From the NCBI RefSeq assembly GCF_009914755.1, contig NC_060936.1: a DNA stretch of 64,000 nucleotides. One strand, given 5' to 3'. The first letter of the stretch is position 1. Each line of letters begins with the position of its first letter. This document shows, piece after piece, positions 1 to 13,879 of this stretch. The notes under the pieces are model-generated. The model made no database searches. It saw nothing but the letters and a program-made list of their open reading frames with translations, and was not told where the DNA came from. The translations under genes were made by a program, and so were the position numbers. This DNA is from the human T2T-CHM13v2.0 reference genome, Homo sapiens.

Positions 1-606
1 TTCACTTAATCCATGTAAAGTATGTTACCCTTCACTGATAACAGAAAACATTTTTACTGAAAAATGATCTATACCAAGATAAGTGACATAATTAGTAGTA
101 ATAGGGCATCTCAAATGCATCATAGAAGAGAAATTTTGAATCAGCTGAGACATAAGTAGCTATCTAACAACTTTACCTAAATGAGCCCAGAAAAAAGGAA
201 ATAGACTCCAAAAGTTTTGTTAAGAGATTAAACAAGATTATTAAACAAAGTATAGTAGACAATTGTTTTTGCTACCTGATTCCTATCTACTCTTCTGTGG
301 AAACTTTGTTTTGTGCAACCAACCTTGCCCCATTCTCACATTGTGCACCCAAAGTGTAGTGAATACCTTCCCTGGGCTGCAAGGATAGAGTATATATTTA
401 GCCTAAGCTAAATCAGACAGCCTAGGCCACACTCAACCCATGTGTTCACATGCCATGTTTCGGAGACAGGAAATGGGACTTAATTAGAGGACCAGTTTTA
501 AGCTCTCAGGCAAGAGATTACTCTCCTGCTTAATGAAAATGCTGAAACTCTAAGCGTAAAGGTACAAGTGGCCTCCGTGTAAGAGCCTTGGAAAGAAACC
601 ATTCCA

Positions 607-1433
<827 letters not shown>

Positions 1434-2960
1434 GTTGGTGCCTAAGCAGCCCTAGGAATCAGACCCTCAAGGTGAAATTCTAGAATCAGATCACTTACTA
1501 GTCAACTGACCACAAGGACTCCACTGCTGATTTGTGCAGTAAAATTCTTCTCATAAGTTGAAGATTATTAAGAACCTTACCTGTGGCAGATTGGGATGAA
1601 ATAAAATGGATGGCAATGGGCACAATTATGTAATATTCTAGCCTTTGAAAGACATGAGAGTATTAGTACTTACAATAACTTTGGAGTTGGTAGGCTGGTC
1701 TTATTAGCCAAAAGTTCCCTGAAAAAAGGAAGAAAGCAAGCCAACTCTCAAAAAAGATCTTCTTTTCTGCAGTCAGATGGAAGACTGCTGAAAATCAGAC
1801 TCAAAATTTGATTGTAAAGATTGCGCTACAGAAAAAGCTGAATTCATAGCCTTGGCAAGCCTCCTATGCTACAGTCAGAAACTTGACAGAGAAGAAAAGG
1901 GACTTGAGCTAGTTCTTAAACACAAAAACATTCAATTGAAGAGCAGGCCCATTTTCTTGAAGGGCCCTGCAATTTCATAGAAAGTATATACAATAGTGAT
2001 TCCTCCAATTTTTTTCCCAAAGTGACCAAAAACCACTTAGAATACCTGCCACAGAGGACAGATGAATACCTAAATCTTTTGAAAGCTGTCATATAATTGG
2101 TAGTAGCTGTTATAAATGCCAAAATACCATCATGGGCTTCATTTAAAGTGGGAATGTATGAAGTCCAGATGATTGATGAAGTTCTGGCCCAAGTCTGCCT
2201 CACAGTAGGTGGAGCTCACTGTGCATCCACTTACTATGTGATCTTGAGAAAAGACAGATACTAAGCACCCAGGAGAACCATCACCAGGTTCTGGACCTAT
2301 GGAATCAGAGCAATTATGGCAGTAAAGTCCAAATGGAAGCCCCAGCAAGGTATGATACAGAAGCAATACCAAATCCCAGTTCAATCCCAAAAACTTAAAT
2401 GTGATGAAACTTAAATGTGATTCAGAAGCAATAAATCTCAGTTCAATCTCAAAAACTTAAATGATGAAAGTGTGGTTGATGGTCCCCATCATATCCCATA
2501 ATTCACTACAATCCTGCAAAAACTATATCTGGCATTTGAAGTCTTTTCAAACCCCAAAAGATCTCATTCACTTGGAACATATACATTCATAGTCTTACTT
2601 CGGGGCTATATTAACTTCCCACTCTCTGCCACGATATAGTTCAAAAAGAGTTTGATCATCTTAGACATAGATGATATGATATTCCAGAAGTCAACACACT
2701 GGTTGTTTAGTAATCACATCAAGTTAATAAGCCTCCTGAATAGAAAACAGCAAATACTCTGGATGCTCTTGTAAGACACAGGAAAAACAGAGTAGGTAAC
2801 AAACCCTACAAAGATTAAGAGAAGATTAAGAGAGACCTGCTGCGTCAGTGAAGTTTTTAGAGTACAGAGTTGTAGAGCATACTAGCACCTCCCCTACTTG
2901 AGTTAAAAAACAAGTTGTTGAACCCTGTACCTCCTACTTTCTACCACTAAGAAAGAGGCT

Positions 2961-3128
2961 TAGCCCAATGTGATGGAGCACCCCTGTGGTTCTAGCTATT
3001 CAGGAGGCTAAGCAGGAGAATGGCTTAAAGCCCAGGAGTTCAAGGCTGCAGTGAGCTATGATCACACCACTGCACTCTAGCATGGACAACAGAGAGAGAT
3101 CCAGTATCTAACTAAAAAGTAAAAAATA
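2961..3128 (+). mobile_element. FRAM / AluJ right-arm monomer
   Basis: GCCCAGGAGTTCAAGGCTGCAGTGAGCTATGATCACACCACTGCACTCTAGC; diverged. Confidence 0.8.
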
Positions 3129-3445
<317 letters not shown>

Positions 3446-3633
3446 TCATATCTTCATGTTTGGTAGGCCTTTTGAATTTGGAGACAGTCTATTCATACCT
3501 GGGGATATTGCTTTGACTGGATGACTGCTGCTAGCCTTACTTACTTTCTGATATCCTATATATACATATATATAAAATATGTTTACATATGATAATGTGG
3601 GGAAAAGTAAGTCTAAGTAGCACAAGAGTGGAC

Positions 3634-4113
3634 TGTAGGTGAGGGTGTCAATGCTCCCCCATGCCCATATGTCTTTTGCAATCAATATCTCCATGGATGC
3701 TTACAGCTGCCAACTGCAAACAACAGTGATTTTGTATGCAGGTTTTCTCTGTCCATAAAAGTATGTTAAGCCTATACTTGCGGCAGGCAAAGTGCTAGAG
3801 AGTCAGTATGCCTATGAGCAGCCCTTTAACCAATGATAGAATAGATTGGACATCAATAACCTAACTTCTTTACCTCTTAGAACAACTCTTAGGCATGGTT
3901 GAAACTGTGTTCCAGAGGACCCAGACAGAATCTAGGTTGTTCACAATGATAACATGCTCATATATGCATCCTAGATTGGTCTTTTCCTCTTGCCTACCTT
4001 ATTTCCATTTTCAATAATGGTGCTTCAGAGGTCAGGAAAGAAATTGCACTCAAATCTTTGTCTATTTGTAGGTATGCTTCTAGGTCTTACTCTAGGAAAA
4101 GTTAACCTAAAAT
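3634..4113 (+). mobile_element. LTR16-like (ERVL) 3' LTR
   Basis: Colinear, diverged similarity to 981-1433; contains TTGCACTCAAATCTTTGTCT near the 3' end, typical of LTR16. Confidence 0.6.
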
Positions 4114-4514
4114 AGTACCTTTACTTTGGACTAATTCTGAACATTTTTGCTAATGTGAGCTAGTAAATCTTCTTATTTCCATAGACCAATTTGAGCCAGG
4201 TTTTCTTCCACTTATATCTAAAGAGGCTTTTACAGAGACTATAATAAACGAAGTAGGTATATGCTTATTTTTAAAGAATATGCTCTATTTGCACAATTCT
4301 GGAGACTATTACTTTTCTTGACCATTGCCAGGCTTTCTAAAATATACATTTCTCAAAGTCAGAAATCATGAGTTACTTTATTTGTAATCTTCCTGACTCT
4401 CTAAACAAGGTCCATATCTCTTTTTCTGTCCCATTATTTAACTACAACTTCCTATTTTTCTACTTTACCTTTTAAAGGTAGCATTCTCCAGGTTTTTATA
4501 TTTGATTGTCTCAT

Positions 4515-5466
4515 TGTATTAGTCTGTTCTTATGCTGCTAATAAAGATATACCCAAAACTGGGTAATTTATAAGGGAAAGAGGTTTAAATGACTTACAGT
4601 TCCACATGGGTGGGGAGGCCTCACAATCATGGTGGAAGGCAAATGAGGAGCAAAGTCACATCCTACACAGCAACAGGCAAAAGAGCTTGTGTAGGGGAAC
4701 TCCCCTTTATAAAACCGTCAGATCTCGTGAGACTTATTCACTACCATGAGAACAGTATGGGGAAAACAACCCCTATGATTCTATTATCTCCACCTGAACC
4801 CTCCCTTGAACTGTGGGGATTATTACAATTCAAGATGAGATTTGGGTGGAGACACAGCCAAACTATATCAGTCCACCCCAGCCCCTCCCAAATTTCAGGT
4901 CCTCACATTTCAAAACCAATCATGCCTTCTTAACAGTCCCCCACAGTCTTAACTCATTTCAGCATTAACTCAGAATCCACAGTCCAAAGTCTCAACTGAG
5001 GCAAGGCAAGACCCATCTGCCTATGATCCTGTAAAATCAAAAGCAAGTTAGTTACTTCTTAGATACAATGGGGGTATAGGCATTGGGTAAAGACACCCAT
5101 TCTAAAAGGGAGAAATAGATCAAAACAAAGGGGAAACAGGCATACACCAAACTCGGTAATGTATATTTAAAAAAAAGAGGTTTAATTGACTCACAGTTCC
5201 ACATGGCTGGGGAAGCCTCACAATCAGAAGGCGAATGAGGAGCAAAGTCACATCTTATATGGCAGCAGGAAAGAGAGCTTGTGCAGGGGAATTCTCATTT
5301 ATGAAACCTTCAGATCTCATGAGACTTATTCACTACCATGAGAACAGTATAGGGGAAATGGCACCCATGATTAAATTATCTCCACCTGGCCCTGCCCTTG
5401 ACATGTGGGGGTTATTACAATTCAAGGTGGGAGAGCTTTGGGTGGGGACACAGCTAAATCATATCA
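4515..5466 (-). mobile_element. THE1 (THE1C/D-like MaLR) provirus, internally deleted: LTR 4515-4870, internal ~4871-5140, partial LTR ~5141-5466
   Basis: TGTATTAGTC...AACTATATCA LTR; THE1-int terminal sequence (CCCCTCCCAAAT..CATTTCAAAACCAATCATGCCTTC); second LTR ending AAATCATATCA; perfect 5-bp TSD CTCAT (4510-4514 / 5467-5471). Confidence 0.92.
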
Positions 5467-5963
5467 CTCATCTTCCTCATAATAAAACAATACTGCATTT
5501 CTCTCTCCTACATCCTGTGGTTTCATCTTTCACCTTCTTACTGGTGACACATCTGTTTGTCTTCTGAGCTTTCAAATAACTGGCCAAAAGACAGACAGTG
5601 GGCTGAGTCTCAGTAACTTAAATTAACCTCACTCCAAATCTAATTATTCATCATTCCCATCTTCCCTATATTTTTAACTTGTTATTTCCCAGTAAATGAC
5701 TTTACCAACCATAGAAGCTTCAGCACTAGAAAAATCCCTTTGTTCCCTTCTCTCTCCTTCTCCTCTCCCTCTCTTTCCCCATCTCTTCACCTCCCTGCTC
5801 TCCCTTTTCTTTCCATCTCTCTCCACTCAACAACTAAACATGACTTTTCTCTACTGCCAAAGTTACATCCCTAAACAGGTGAGGGGAGACAGAGGAGCCA
5901 AGCAAAAACATTTCATTATAATGTACCGATTAAGAATGGGTACATGAATTCAGTCTGACCATT

Positions 5964-6580
5964 CAAGCAAAGACATGGAATAAACCTAGGCACCCATTAA
6001 CAGTGGATGGTATAAAGAAAATGTGGCACATATACACTATGGAATACTACCTTTTAAAAGTTAGCATTCCCCAGGTTTTTACTTTTGATTGTCTCATCTT
6101 CCTCATTGTAAAACACCACCTCATTTATCTCTGTTACATCCTATGGTTTCATTTTTCACCTTCTTACTGGTTTACACAACTGTTTATCTTCAGAGCTTTC
6201 AAATAACTGACCAAAAGACAGACCGACTTAAAGAAAGAATTAAATTACGTTCTTTGCAGCAATGTGGATGCAGCTGGAAGCCATTATCCTAAGTAAATTA
6301 ATGCAGGAACAGAAAACCAAATACCTCATGTTTTCACTTATAAGTGGGAGCTCAACACTGGGTACACGTGGATATAAACATGAGAACAGTAGACACTGAG
6401 GACTCCTAGAGGGGGAAGGAAAGGAGGCGGGGGCAAGGGCTGAAAAACTACCTATTGGGTACAATATTCATTACCTGAGTAATGGGACTTGTACCCCAAA
6501 CCTCAGCATCACACAATATTTCTAGGTAGCAAACCTGCAGATGTACCCCCTCAATCTAAAATAAGAGTTGGGAAAAAAAA
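5964..6580 (+). mobile_element. L1PB-like 3' fragment carrying a non-L1 insert at ~6051-6227
   Basis: AAAGAAAATGTGGCACATATACACTATGGAATACTAC ... GCAGCTGGAAGCCATTATCCTAAG ... GGGCAAGGGCTGAAAAACTACCTATTGGGTAC ... TCTAAAATAAGAGTTG followed by an A run. Confidence 0.85.
6048..6223 (+). repeat. Dispersed duplicate of 4466-4514 + 5472-5596 (empty THE1 site)
   Basis: Direct alignment by eye, roughly 85-88% identical by hand count; a single CTCAT where the source has CTCAT-THE1-CTCAT. Confidence 0.92.
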
Positions 6581-6689
6581 GCCTCAATATTTATGGCCAA
6601 TGGGAATCAGTTCAATGTTACATAAGTATCTAAAAACTTTTTCCCCTTTGTTGTTCTTCATTCCTAATTCGTCAAGTCATGTTAATTTT

Positions 6690-7290
6690 AACACTTAAAT
6701 ATGTTTCACTTCTATTGGTTTACCCCTTTCCCTTTTCCTGACCACTTGTACTGGCATTTTTAGGGCTCTGTCAGTCCTGCCTAGATTACTGCAGTCTGTA
6801 TGCTCCAATCTATCTATCCCAGCCTCTATGCTTTATAGAATGCTTTTTCCAATATTCCAAATAGACTCTATTTATTCCCTATTTAAATCCTTCTAGGTTA
6901 TGGTTGTCTTAAATATAAAATTTAATCTCTGGACCATATAAGGCCCTTCATGATCTGATACCTGCAATTCCTCCCAGTCCCAATCCCAGCCCCAGTTCCC
7001 CAAACTCATCTGACTGTTCCATCAACTCAAGTATCACTTCTTCGTGGAAATCTTCCCTGATTCTCCAAGGTCAACTTAGTTAAGTGCTCCCACTTCTATC
7101 ATAGTGCAGAGAAGGATTCCTGGGACCATGAGCCTTTGTGCAGCTCCATTATGGCAAATATCTCACTATATTATGTATTTTCCCATTTGACAGCAAGGCC
7201 CTGAGGGCAGGCATTGTGGCCTATTTGACTTTGGTTTCCTAATACTGAGCAAAGTACCTGGCACAGTGGACTTCTGATAAATGCTTATTT
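6690..7290 (+). mobile_element. L2 3' fragment
   Basis: AAGGCCCTTCATGATCTG, TCACTTCTTCGTGGAAATCTTCCCTGA, CCCTGAGGGCAGG, GTACCTGGCACAGTGG..ATAAATGCTT. Confidence 0.65.
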
Positions 7291-7940
7291 AAAAAAATTA
7301 ACAAGTGAACGAACAGGTCAGTGTTACATGTGGCAAACCTTTGAGTTTCTACATAGCACTGATGGTCTACAGCAGAAATTTTGCATATTTATTTGCTTTC
7401 TCCAAAGGCCCAAAAAGGTGCTCCATATGTTCTAAGAACCACTTCCCCTCTGGGTACGGGGGAAGAACAGGGCAGCTCAAGTCTTCTAATGGAGTCTGAG
7501 CAATGAAAAGTCATCTATAGAGCAATGTAATACACTTCTTTGGAATGAAGCCTTGTGGCAGATTTTCAATGACTTAGCAATGCATTATGTATTGTCAATA
7601 ATATCCAGACTGCAGCGAAGTAGGTTTGCATGCGACTACAGCACAATGTCACAGGAGAGTTTATGGTGCTTGTAACTGAAAAGCATAAAGTCGATCTTAA
7701 GTTCAATGGAGGAAATAACATGACTGACAGTATCACTTTTCAATATGAGACAAATAAATTGCTTTTATGATTGGAGACATGTAACAGAAGTATCCAATCT
7801 CCAATTCACTTCCAACAATGAGCTCAGCTCTCACCTAACCCTATCCTTCAGGGTCAAGTGTGTTATCATATGACAGCACAGGCCTCTCTCTCTACAACCA
7901 CTCCTCTGCAGTTAAGCCAACAAAAATGTTTGTAACACAC

Positions 7941-7942
<2 letters not shown>

Positions 7943-7971
<29 letters not shown>
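7943..7971. repeat. (CA)n microsatellite
   Basis: About 14 AC units visible. Confidence 0.95.
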
Positions 7972-7975
<4 letters not shown>

Positions 7976-8469
7976 GAGACAGGAGCTATGCACAATTTTG
8001 CACCCCTGCCCCATCCAGGCTCAATAGTGTACTCCTAACAACGAACAGTCTTTCTGCCTTACACACATTCTTTTGCACTCTATTCTCTCTCTGGGCAACA
8101 ATTTTTGTCAAGATCAAATATCAACTAATTTTTGAAGACATTCTAGTCTATCCTGTTCAAAATAAGTCTCTTCTCCCTCCATACTCCCAAGATCCCTTAC
8201 ACAAAATCCATAATACATGTGTCAAAGTTATTCCAATTATTTACTTATTTTTTACTGATTGTAAACTCTTTGAAGACAGGCAAAACAGTTTGCTTTGTTT
8301 TGTGTCTCAAGAGCATAGAAGGATTCTTGGGACATATGAGACGCTCAATATATGTCTGAATGAATCGATCATTAGATTGTAGCTCTGGTTTTCCCTTTTA
8401 TTTAAGAATACAACATTAATTTTTCTTCATAAGCAATAAAAAATAAAATAATGAAGTTAAAAATTAAGC

Positions 8470-8758
8470 TTTTTTTTGACACAGTCTCGCTGTATTGCCC
8501 AGGCTGGTGTGCAGTGGCGTGATCTCAACTCACTGAACGCTCCACTACATGAGTTCAAGAGATTCTCATGCCTTAGCCTCCTGAGTAGCTGGGATTACAG
8601 GTGTGTGCCACCATGCCCAGCTAATTTTTTGTATTTTTAGTAGAGACAGGGTTTCACTGTGTTGGCCAGGCTGGTCTTGAACTACTGGCCTCAAGTGATC
8701 TGTCCGCCTCAGCCTCCCAAAGTGCTGGGATTACAGGTGTGAGCCACTGTGCCCGGCC
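8470..8758 (-). mobile_element. Alu (AluSz/Jb-like)
   Basis: Reverse-complement Alu with GGCCTCAAGTGATC; TSD AAGAATACAAC(A/T)TTAA at 8404-8419 / 8759-8774. Confidence 0.92.
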
Positions 8759-10329
8759 AAGAATACAACTTTAAGAACCAATAAATAATTCTGCTAAGAC
8801 AGTATGTGATTATAATTCCAGTAAAATTCATATCTGGGAAAAGAAAACATAGCTTGCCTGGTATGTCCAAGTGGTAGAGCCTTATGTATCCTTCACCCAG
8901 TAAGAGTCCTTTCCAGCCAGACAGACTTACCATTGACCTCCATACATTAAAGGCCAATACTTAACATGGTACCTTGGTTTTTGCAATCTAGAGAGCCCTT
9001 CCTCCTCTTCTCTGCACATCTAGCCCTTCCCTACCCATCTTCAAGATCCAGTTGAAATCTCACTTCCTCCTTACAGTCTTCCCAATAAATCTAGTCCTGA
9101 CACATCTTTTCACTCAAGGACTGGCGCCATGGCAATGCCTACTGCCTGACCTGAAGTCAGCCCTGTCTTATCTCTACAACTCTTTGATTTATATTCTCTA
9201 CCACACTCAGCATTTGTAAATCGTCTCCTGTATTGCTTTTCAATTATTTTGCCTGTCTTATCTTCTAAGCCCCCTGAAAACTCTTGAACATCCTAATGTT
9301 TTCATTTCATGGCATTCAGTAAATATTGATATTTACATTGTATCCATAACATCTCCTGAAGGAACTGATTAATTCCCTAAAAATGGGTAAATCTGGGAAA
9401 CTTGATTATAAATATATTAAAATAAAATTCCTCATATCTTATTTAGTATAAAATTAAAGAATTAAAAAGAAAGAAAATTAGGCCTTTGGGCTTCTGGACA
9501 AATTAGGGAAAGAATTTTTTCTTTCCTAAGGCCCAAAATAATTTTGGTGAGTTCTAAAACAATGCCAACACTATAAATTTATAGCAATTTTTGTATGGCC
9601 AAGATAAAAGAAGTTTATATTCAGGGACATTGGAAAATTAAAAATCTATTGAAATGTGACAGAAAAGCTTAACAGTAAATGTTTGCAATACTTATGCACA
9701 CGTAAATGAAACTGTACTTCTCAGAATTTCTAAAACAATTGAATACGTTTTCTAATCTTAATGTCTAACACATAACTGCCTTAATAACAGCATAAAAATA
9801 TATTAAGTCTTATAATACCTGATACCATATGGCATACTATACTAATTTATGTAGTGAAGTAACTTACATAATTTACTTTTGGGGACATGGTAGCATGTTT
9901 TGAAAAGTAAGTGGACAGCTCAGGAAAAAATTAAGAGTGTGGAGTTGGGTCTTTCAAATCATTTATACATTTATAGGAAAATATTTTATTTAAATAAGAA
10001 TTAAATTCAATTTTCTTATTGTTTTCCAATACCTGAATGTTTGCTAATGTGTAAAGTTGAATAATTTGCCTCATTTTCATTTCTTATTAAGATATATCAA
10101 GTCTGTGAAGGTGTTATGTGACAAGTCTGTGCAATATCTTTAGCCTTCAGTAGGAGACAGGAAAGATTATTTTACAGTAATAATCCACTATGATCCAGGA
10201 ATTATGTGTGTTACTTAGCCCTTATTATTTCTTCTACTATCTTGTTGATAAACCAGTGTACAGGCTGATTCAATTAAAAATAGTAACTTCAAGGCCATTC
10301 CTTTTTTTAGCTATATAGTACACACGTTG

Positions 10330-10530
10330 GCATACTGCAAAGTGAGAGTACCTGATTCAATTGCCACCAGTACTACTTACTATTTGTATGACCTTTTCTG
10401 TACTTGAATTTCCTCATCATTAAAATGATTATAACATTAAAACATCTACCTCATAGGTCTGTTGTGAAAATTACAAGTTTGATCTTTGTAAATCTCAGAA
10501 TAATACCTTGGCAAGTAGAAGTGCTGAGTA
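10330..10530 (+). mobile_element. MIR
   Basis: Core ACTTACTATTTGTATGACC..TTTCCTCATCATTAAAATG..ACCTCATAGGTCTGTTGTGAAAATTA. Confidence 0.7.
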
Positions 10531-10822
10531 TTAGCTAATATCATTCAAAACTAATTACGGGATGAATTATTCTGTCTTCTGGATACAGTTTTTGTTATAG
10601 TTGCTTCTAGAACTTCAGTCATGGAGTCATCATCATAGGCCCACCAAAGGAAATGAAATGATAATCTGAGCTCACCTAAACATCAAGTCCTGAATAGATT
10701 TATTACATTGGTACTTTAGAGACAGATGGATCACTAGGGGTTAACCAAATGATATTATAAACAAATTTTAAATGGCTTTACTTAATAAACAATCAAACAT
10801 TTTTATAAGTTACAGCTACAGG

Positions 10823-11007
10823 CAGTGATGTGCTGACATTCTGGGGAAGAAAAGCTCTAATTTTTGGTATTTGCAGATTTCCGTGGTATAGATTCTTCCA
10901 CCATCACTGATTTCAAGCTACCAATGGTCTAAAAATGGCTGACAAAATTCTTCAGTATTTAACATTTGGCTCTTGTGAGCTATCGTGAGCTAGCTCCACA
11001 CACCAGC
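10823..11007 (-). mobile_element. MER63-like hAT-Blackjack MITE
   Basis: CAGTGATGTGCTG terminus; GATTTCCGTGGT..GATTTCAAGCTACCAA..GGCTCTTGTGAGC..GCTCCACACACCA. Confidence 0.7.
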
Positions 11008-11254
11008 AGCGTAGATGGGCTTTCTGCATTCATCCAGTCCTAACTAAAATCCCTCAAGTGATGGGAGCAGAGTACTGTTTGTCTTGTTCTTGCTCTTCCA
11101 TTTATTACCTGTTTTGTGTGACTACAGTCTTCTGACTACCTATGTATTTACAAAATCTCCAGCCACTGTGTCGCAGGTTTTAATGTGCCAACTGCCAAGT
11201 GAGCCCCAAGCAGCAGGTGTAACACAGAGATCAAGAGATCACCACCCAGTAGTC

Positions 11255-11589
11255 ACCAGGCTGGATTCAGCCCGCAAAGCAGTTTTTTTTTTTAAATCAG
11301 TCAAAAGCTTTCTGAAATACTGAATTAATTAGCAGCATCTACAAATTAAGAGATTTCACATAAAAACACAAATTCTCAGTTTGTCTTATGAAGTTGGAAG
11401 ATCTGACAACACTGAGCCCACATCCCCATGCGGCAGTATCTTCCTGGAGCTAAAGACACTTCCCCCTTTAAATGAAGTATACGCTCTCTGGTTACAAAGT
11501 GCCCTCCACCTCCAGTGCCTCACACTCCAGCCAGTTTTGCTCATTTATATAACCTTCCTGGCCCCAGAAGGATTTTGAGTTGAGAACTG
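11255..11589 (-). mobile_element. MER102-like hAT-Charlie element
   Basis: GAGATTTCACATAAAAA..GAAGATCTGACAACACTGAGCCCACATCCCCATG..CCTGGCCCCAGAAGGATTTTGAGTT. Confidence 0.7.
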
Positions 11590-11830
11590 TGGCATAATGT
11601 TTAAAATTTTAAAAAGCCTTGGAATTAGACAAACCTGGGAACTAGTCCAGCCACTGGCACTGACTAATGTGTGAACATAAGCAAGTGATGAAACTAGCCC
11701 AAGTGTGTTTCTTTCTCTGGGAAATGGAAATAGAAATGAAGCTCAGCTAATAGGGTTATAACAAGAACCAAACATGACAGCATACGTAAACACCTAGCCC
11801 ACCACCTGTCACAGAATAGGAGCTTCATAA
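11590..11830 (+). mobile_element. MIR (MIRb-like)
   Basis: TTGGAATTAGACAAACCTGGG..ACTGACTAATGTGTGAAC..GTAAACACCTAGC..CCTGTCACAGAATAGGAGCT. Confidence 0.65.
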
Positions 11831-12334
11831 CCGTCCTCTCCCATCTTCTCCTACACTGAACTCAAATTGCATTGCTCTTGGATTTCTTCGTATCTTGTTC
11901 ATATCATTTTACTAAGACCACTTGCCCAATGAATTGGGCTCACTCTCATACAAGACTTGGCTACTTCTTTTCTTTACCCTTTCCTTTTTTTCCCAGTTAT
12001 ATTTCCTTTGTACACGTGCTGTTTGTCTCTGGAATGTCAGTGACCTCATATTTTCTCACTCTGGGCATGTCAGTCATTTTGCCTGTACGAGGCCCTGATC
12101 TGTCCTCAGTCTCAATTACCCATAAAAAATGAAGGAAACAGAGAGACATGCCAGTCATTTGGATTGGAAACAACTATTTACTGACCAATTCCACAATCCT
12201 TTCCCTGCTCCACAGACAACAAAGTGTTAACTTTGCTCTTAACATATGTCCTGTTCTCTCAGTTTTAAGTTTTTTCCTACTCACCCATATTAGATGAGAT
12301 AATAATTGCCAAAAATCTAGAAAATTGCCACAAT

Positions 12335-12690
12335 CTGGGGAAAGAGGGGAATGGAGCATTGTTGCTCAATGGGTAGAAAGTTTCAGTTGTGCAAGATAAG
12401 TTCTAGAGATCTCCTGTGCAAGATAGTGTGCTTATGTTGCTAATAATATGGTATTGCACACCTCAAAATCTGTTAAGAGGTAGACTGCATGTTGAGTGGT
12501 TTACTACATAAAAGCAAAAAACAAAAAAGACACAAGAAAATTTTAGAGGGGATGGAATGCTTAATACCTGGATTGTGGTTATCATGTCATGGGCGTATGC
12601 ATACATCCAAAGTCATCAAATTGAACACATTAAGCATGTGCAGTTTTTTGTATGTATATCATTCATACTTCGATAAGGTTGTTTCAAAAA
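12335..12690 (+). mobile_element. L1M (L1MA/L1MB-type) 3' UTR fragment
   Basis: AATGGGTAGAAAGTTTCAGTTGTGCAAGATAAGTTCTAGAGATCT..CATCAAATTGAACACATTAA. Confidence 0.8.
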
Positions 12691-12859
12691 TTGCCTACAT
12701 TCTAACCTGCAAGCCATCTGCTGATTCTATTCACATTTCTGATATCTCTAGAGAGAAATATTTTATCATTTTACCTTGATAACCCCTTTTTATGCTATCA
12801 ATAATCTAAATAAATATAAATACTAATAATTTTTAATAATAATAATAATAGATTTATCT

Positions 12860-13310
12860 CCCTCTTTTACCCACCATCACCTAATCAGTCACCAAATTCT
12901 GTTGATTCTACCTCCATAATATTCCCTGAATTCATCTATGTGTGTGGATGTCTGTTTCCATCTACCCTAGTCTGAGTCATCTTGATTTCCTTCATGGAAA
13001 ACTATGATAGCCTTTGCAGCTGCTCTGTCCACATACACTCTGGTCCCACATTAATCTAGCCTCCATCCAGCAGCTAGAATGATTTTCTAAGTTATCAAAT
13101 CTGATACTGCCACTGCCCTGCTTGAAAAACTTTGTGAATTTCATTTTCCTTAGGATAAATCACAAATGTCATAATATGGCACTGTAAGATGAACTGGGAG
13201 TACAGCAAGAAACAAGATACACATAGCCCCTGTCTTCAAAGAGTTTACAGTCCAGTGGCAAAGAGAGGCAGGAAAATTAAGTAGATCTATGTTGTAGTTT
13301 TGGTAAGTTC
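12860..13310. mobile_element. L2 fragments (both orientations)
   Basis: AATCAGTCACCAAATTCTGTTGATTCTACCTCC..CAGCTAGAATGATTTT (+); CCCTGTCTTCAAAGAGTTTACAGTCCAGTGG (-). Confidence 0.55.
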
Positions 13311-13879
13311 TATGAAAGAATTTTCCTAGATATCTATTGAAATTAATTTCTAGCTGTTACTATTTATATTTTGAAGGTTGCTATGATAAGATTCTGGTGA
13401 GTGAAGGAGAGAAAGGAATAAAGCTTCTGTTAATAGTGATTTCTTACAATATCGAAACTGTTTTCTAAGTGTTTGGGGCCCATTAGCTCACTGAATTTTT
13501 ATCAAAAGCCCTTTATTTATTCTTTTGCAAATATTTATTGAGCACTTGTTCCAGGCATGATGTGAGAAAATAACATTTTGAAAAGGTTTAAGATAGACAA
13601 GGAAAAGAGAAATTAAAATCATGAAAACATAAGAAAAAACAAAATTACAATTAAAATAATTACTGGAAAGGAGCAACTGAAGAGATGGTATGATAAAATA
13701 TGACAGGGATCAAGATGTATTATTCGGGGTCAGGAAATCTTTAGGTTAATCCTTAAAAAAAATGAGTAGGACTTTTAAAGGAAACAACAGATAAGAGAAA
13801 AAAATAAAGCATAAAACTAAGATACCTAAAGTGTTCATATGAATTGAGATTAAAAACTGGATTATAGATAGATGTAGTG

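Noticed and set aside
4589-5567. Two similar ORFs (MRSKVTSY...) suggesting a duplicated gene
   Set aside because: Antisense translations of the two THE1 LTRs
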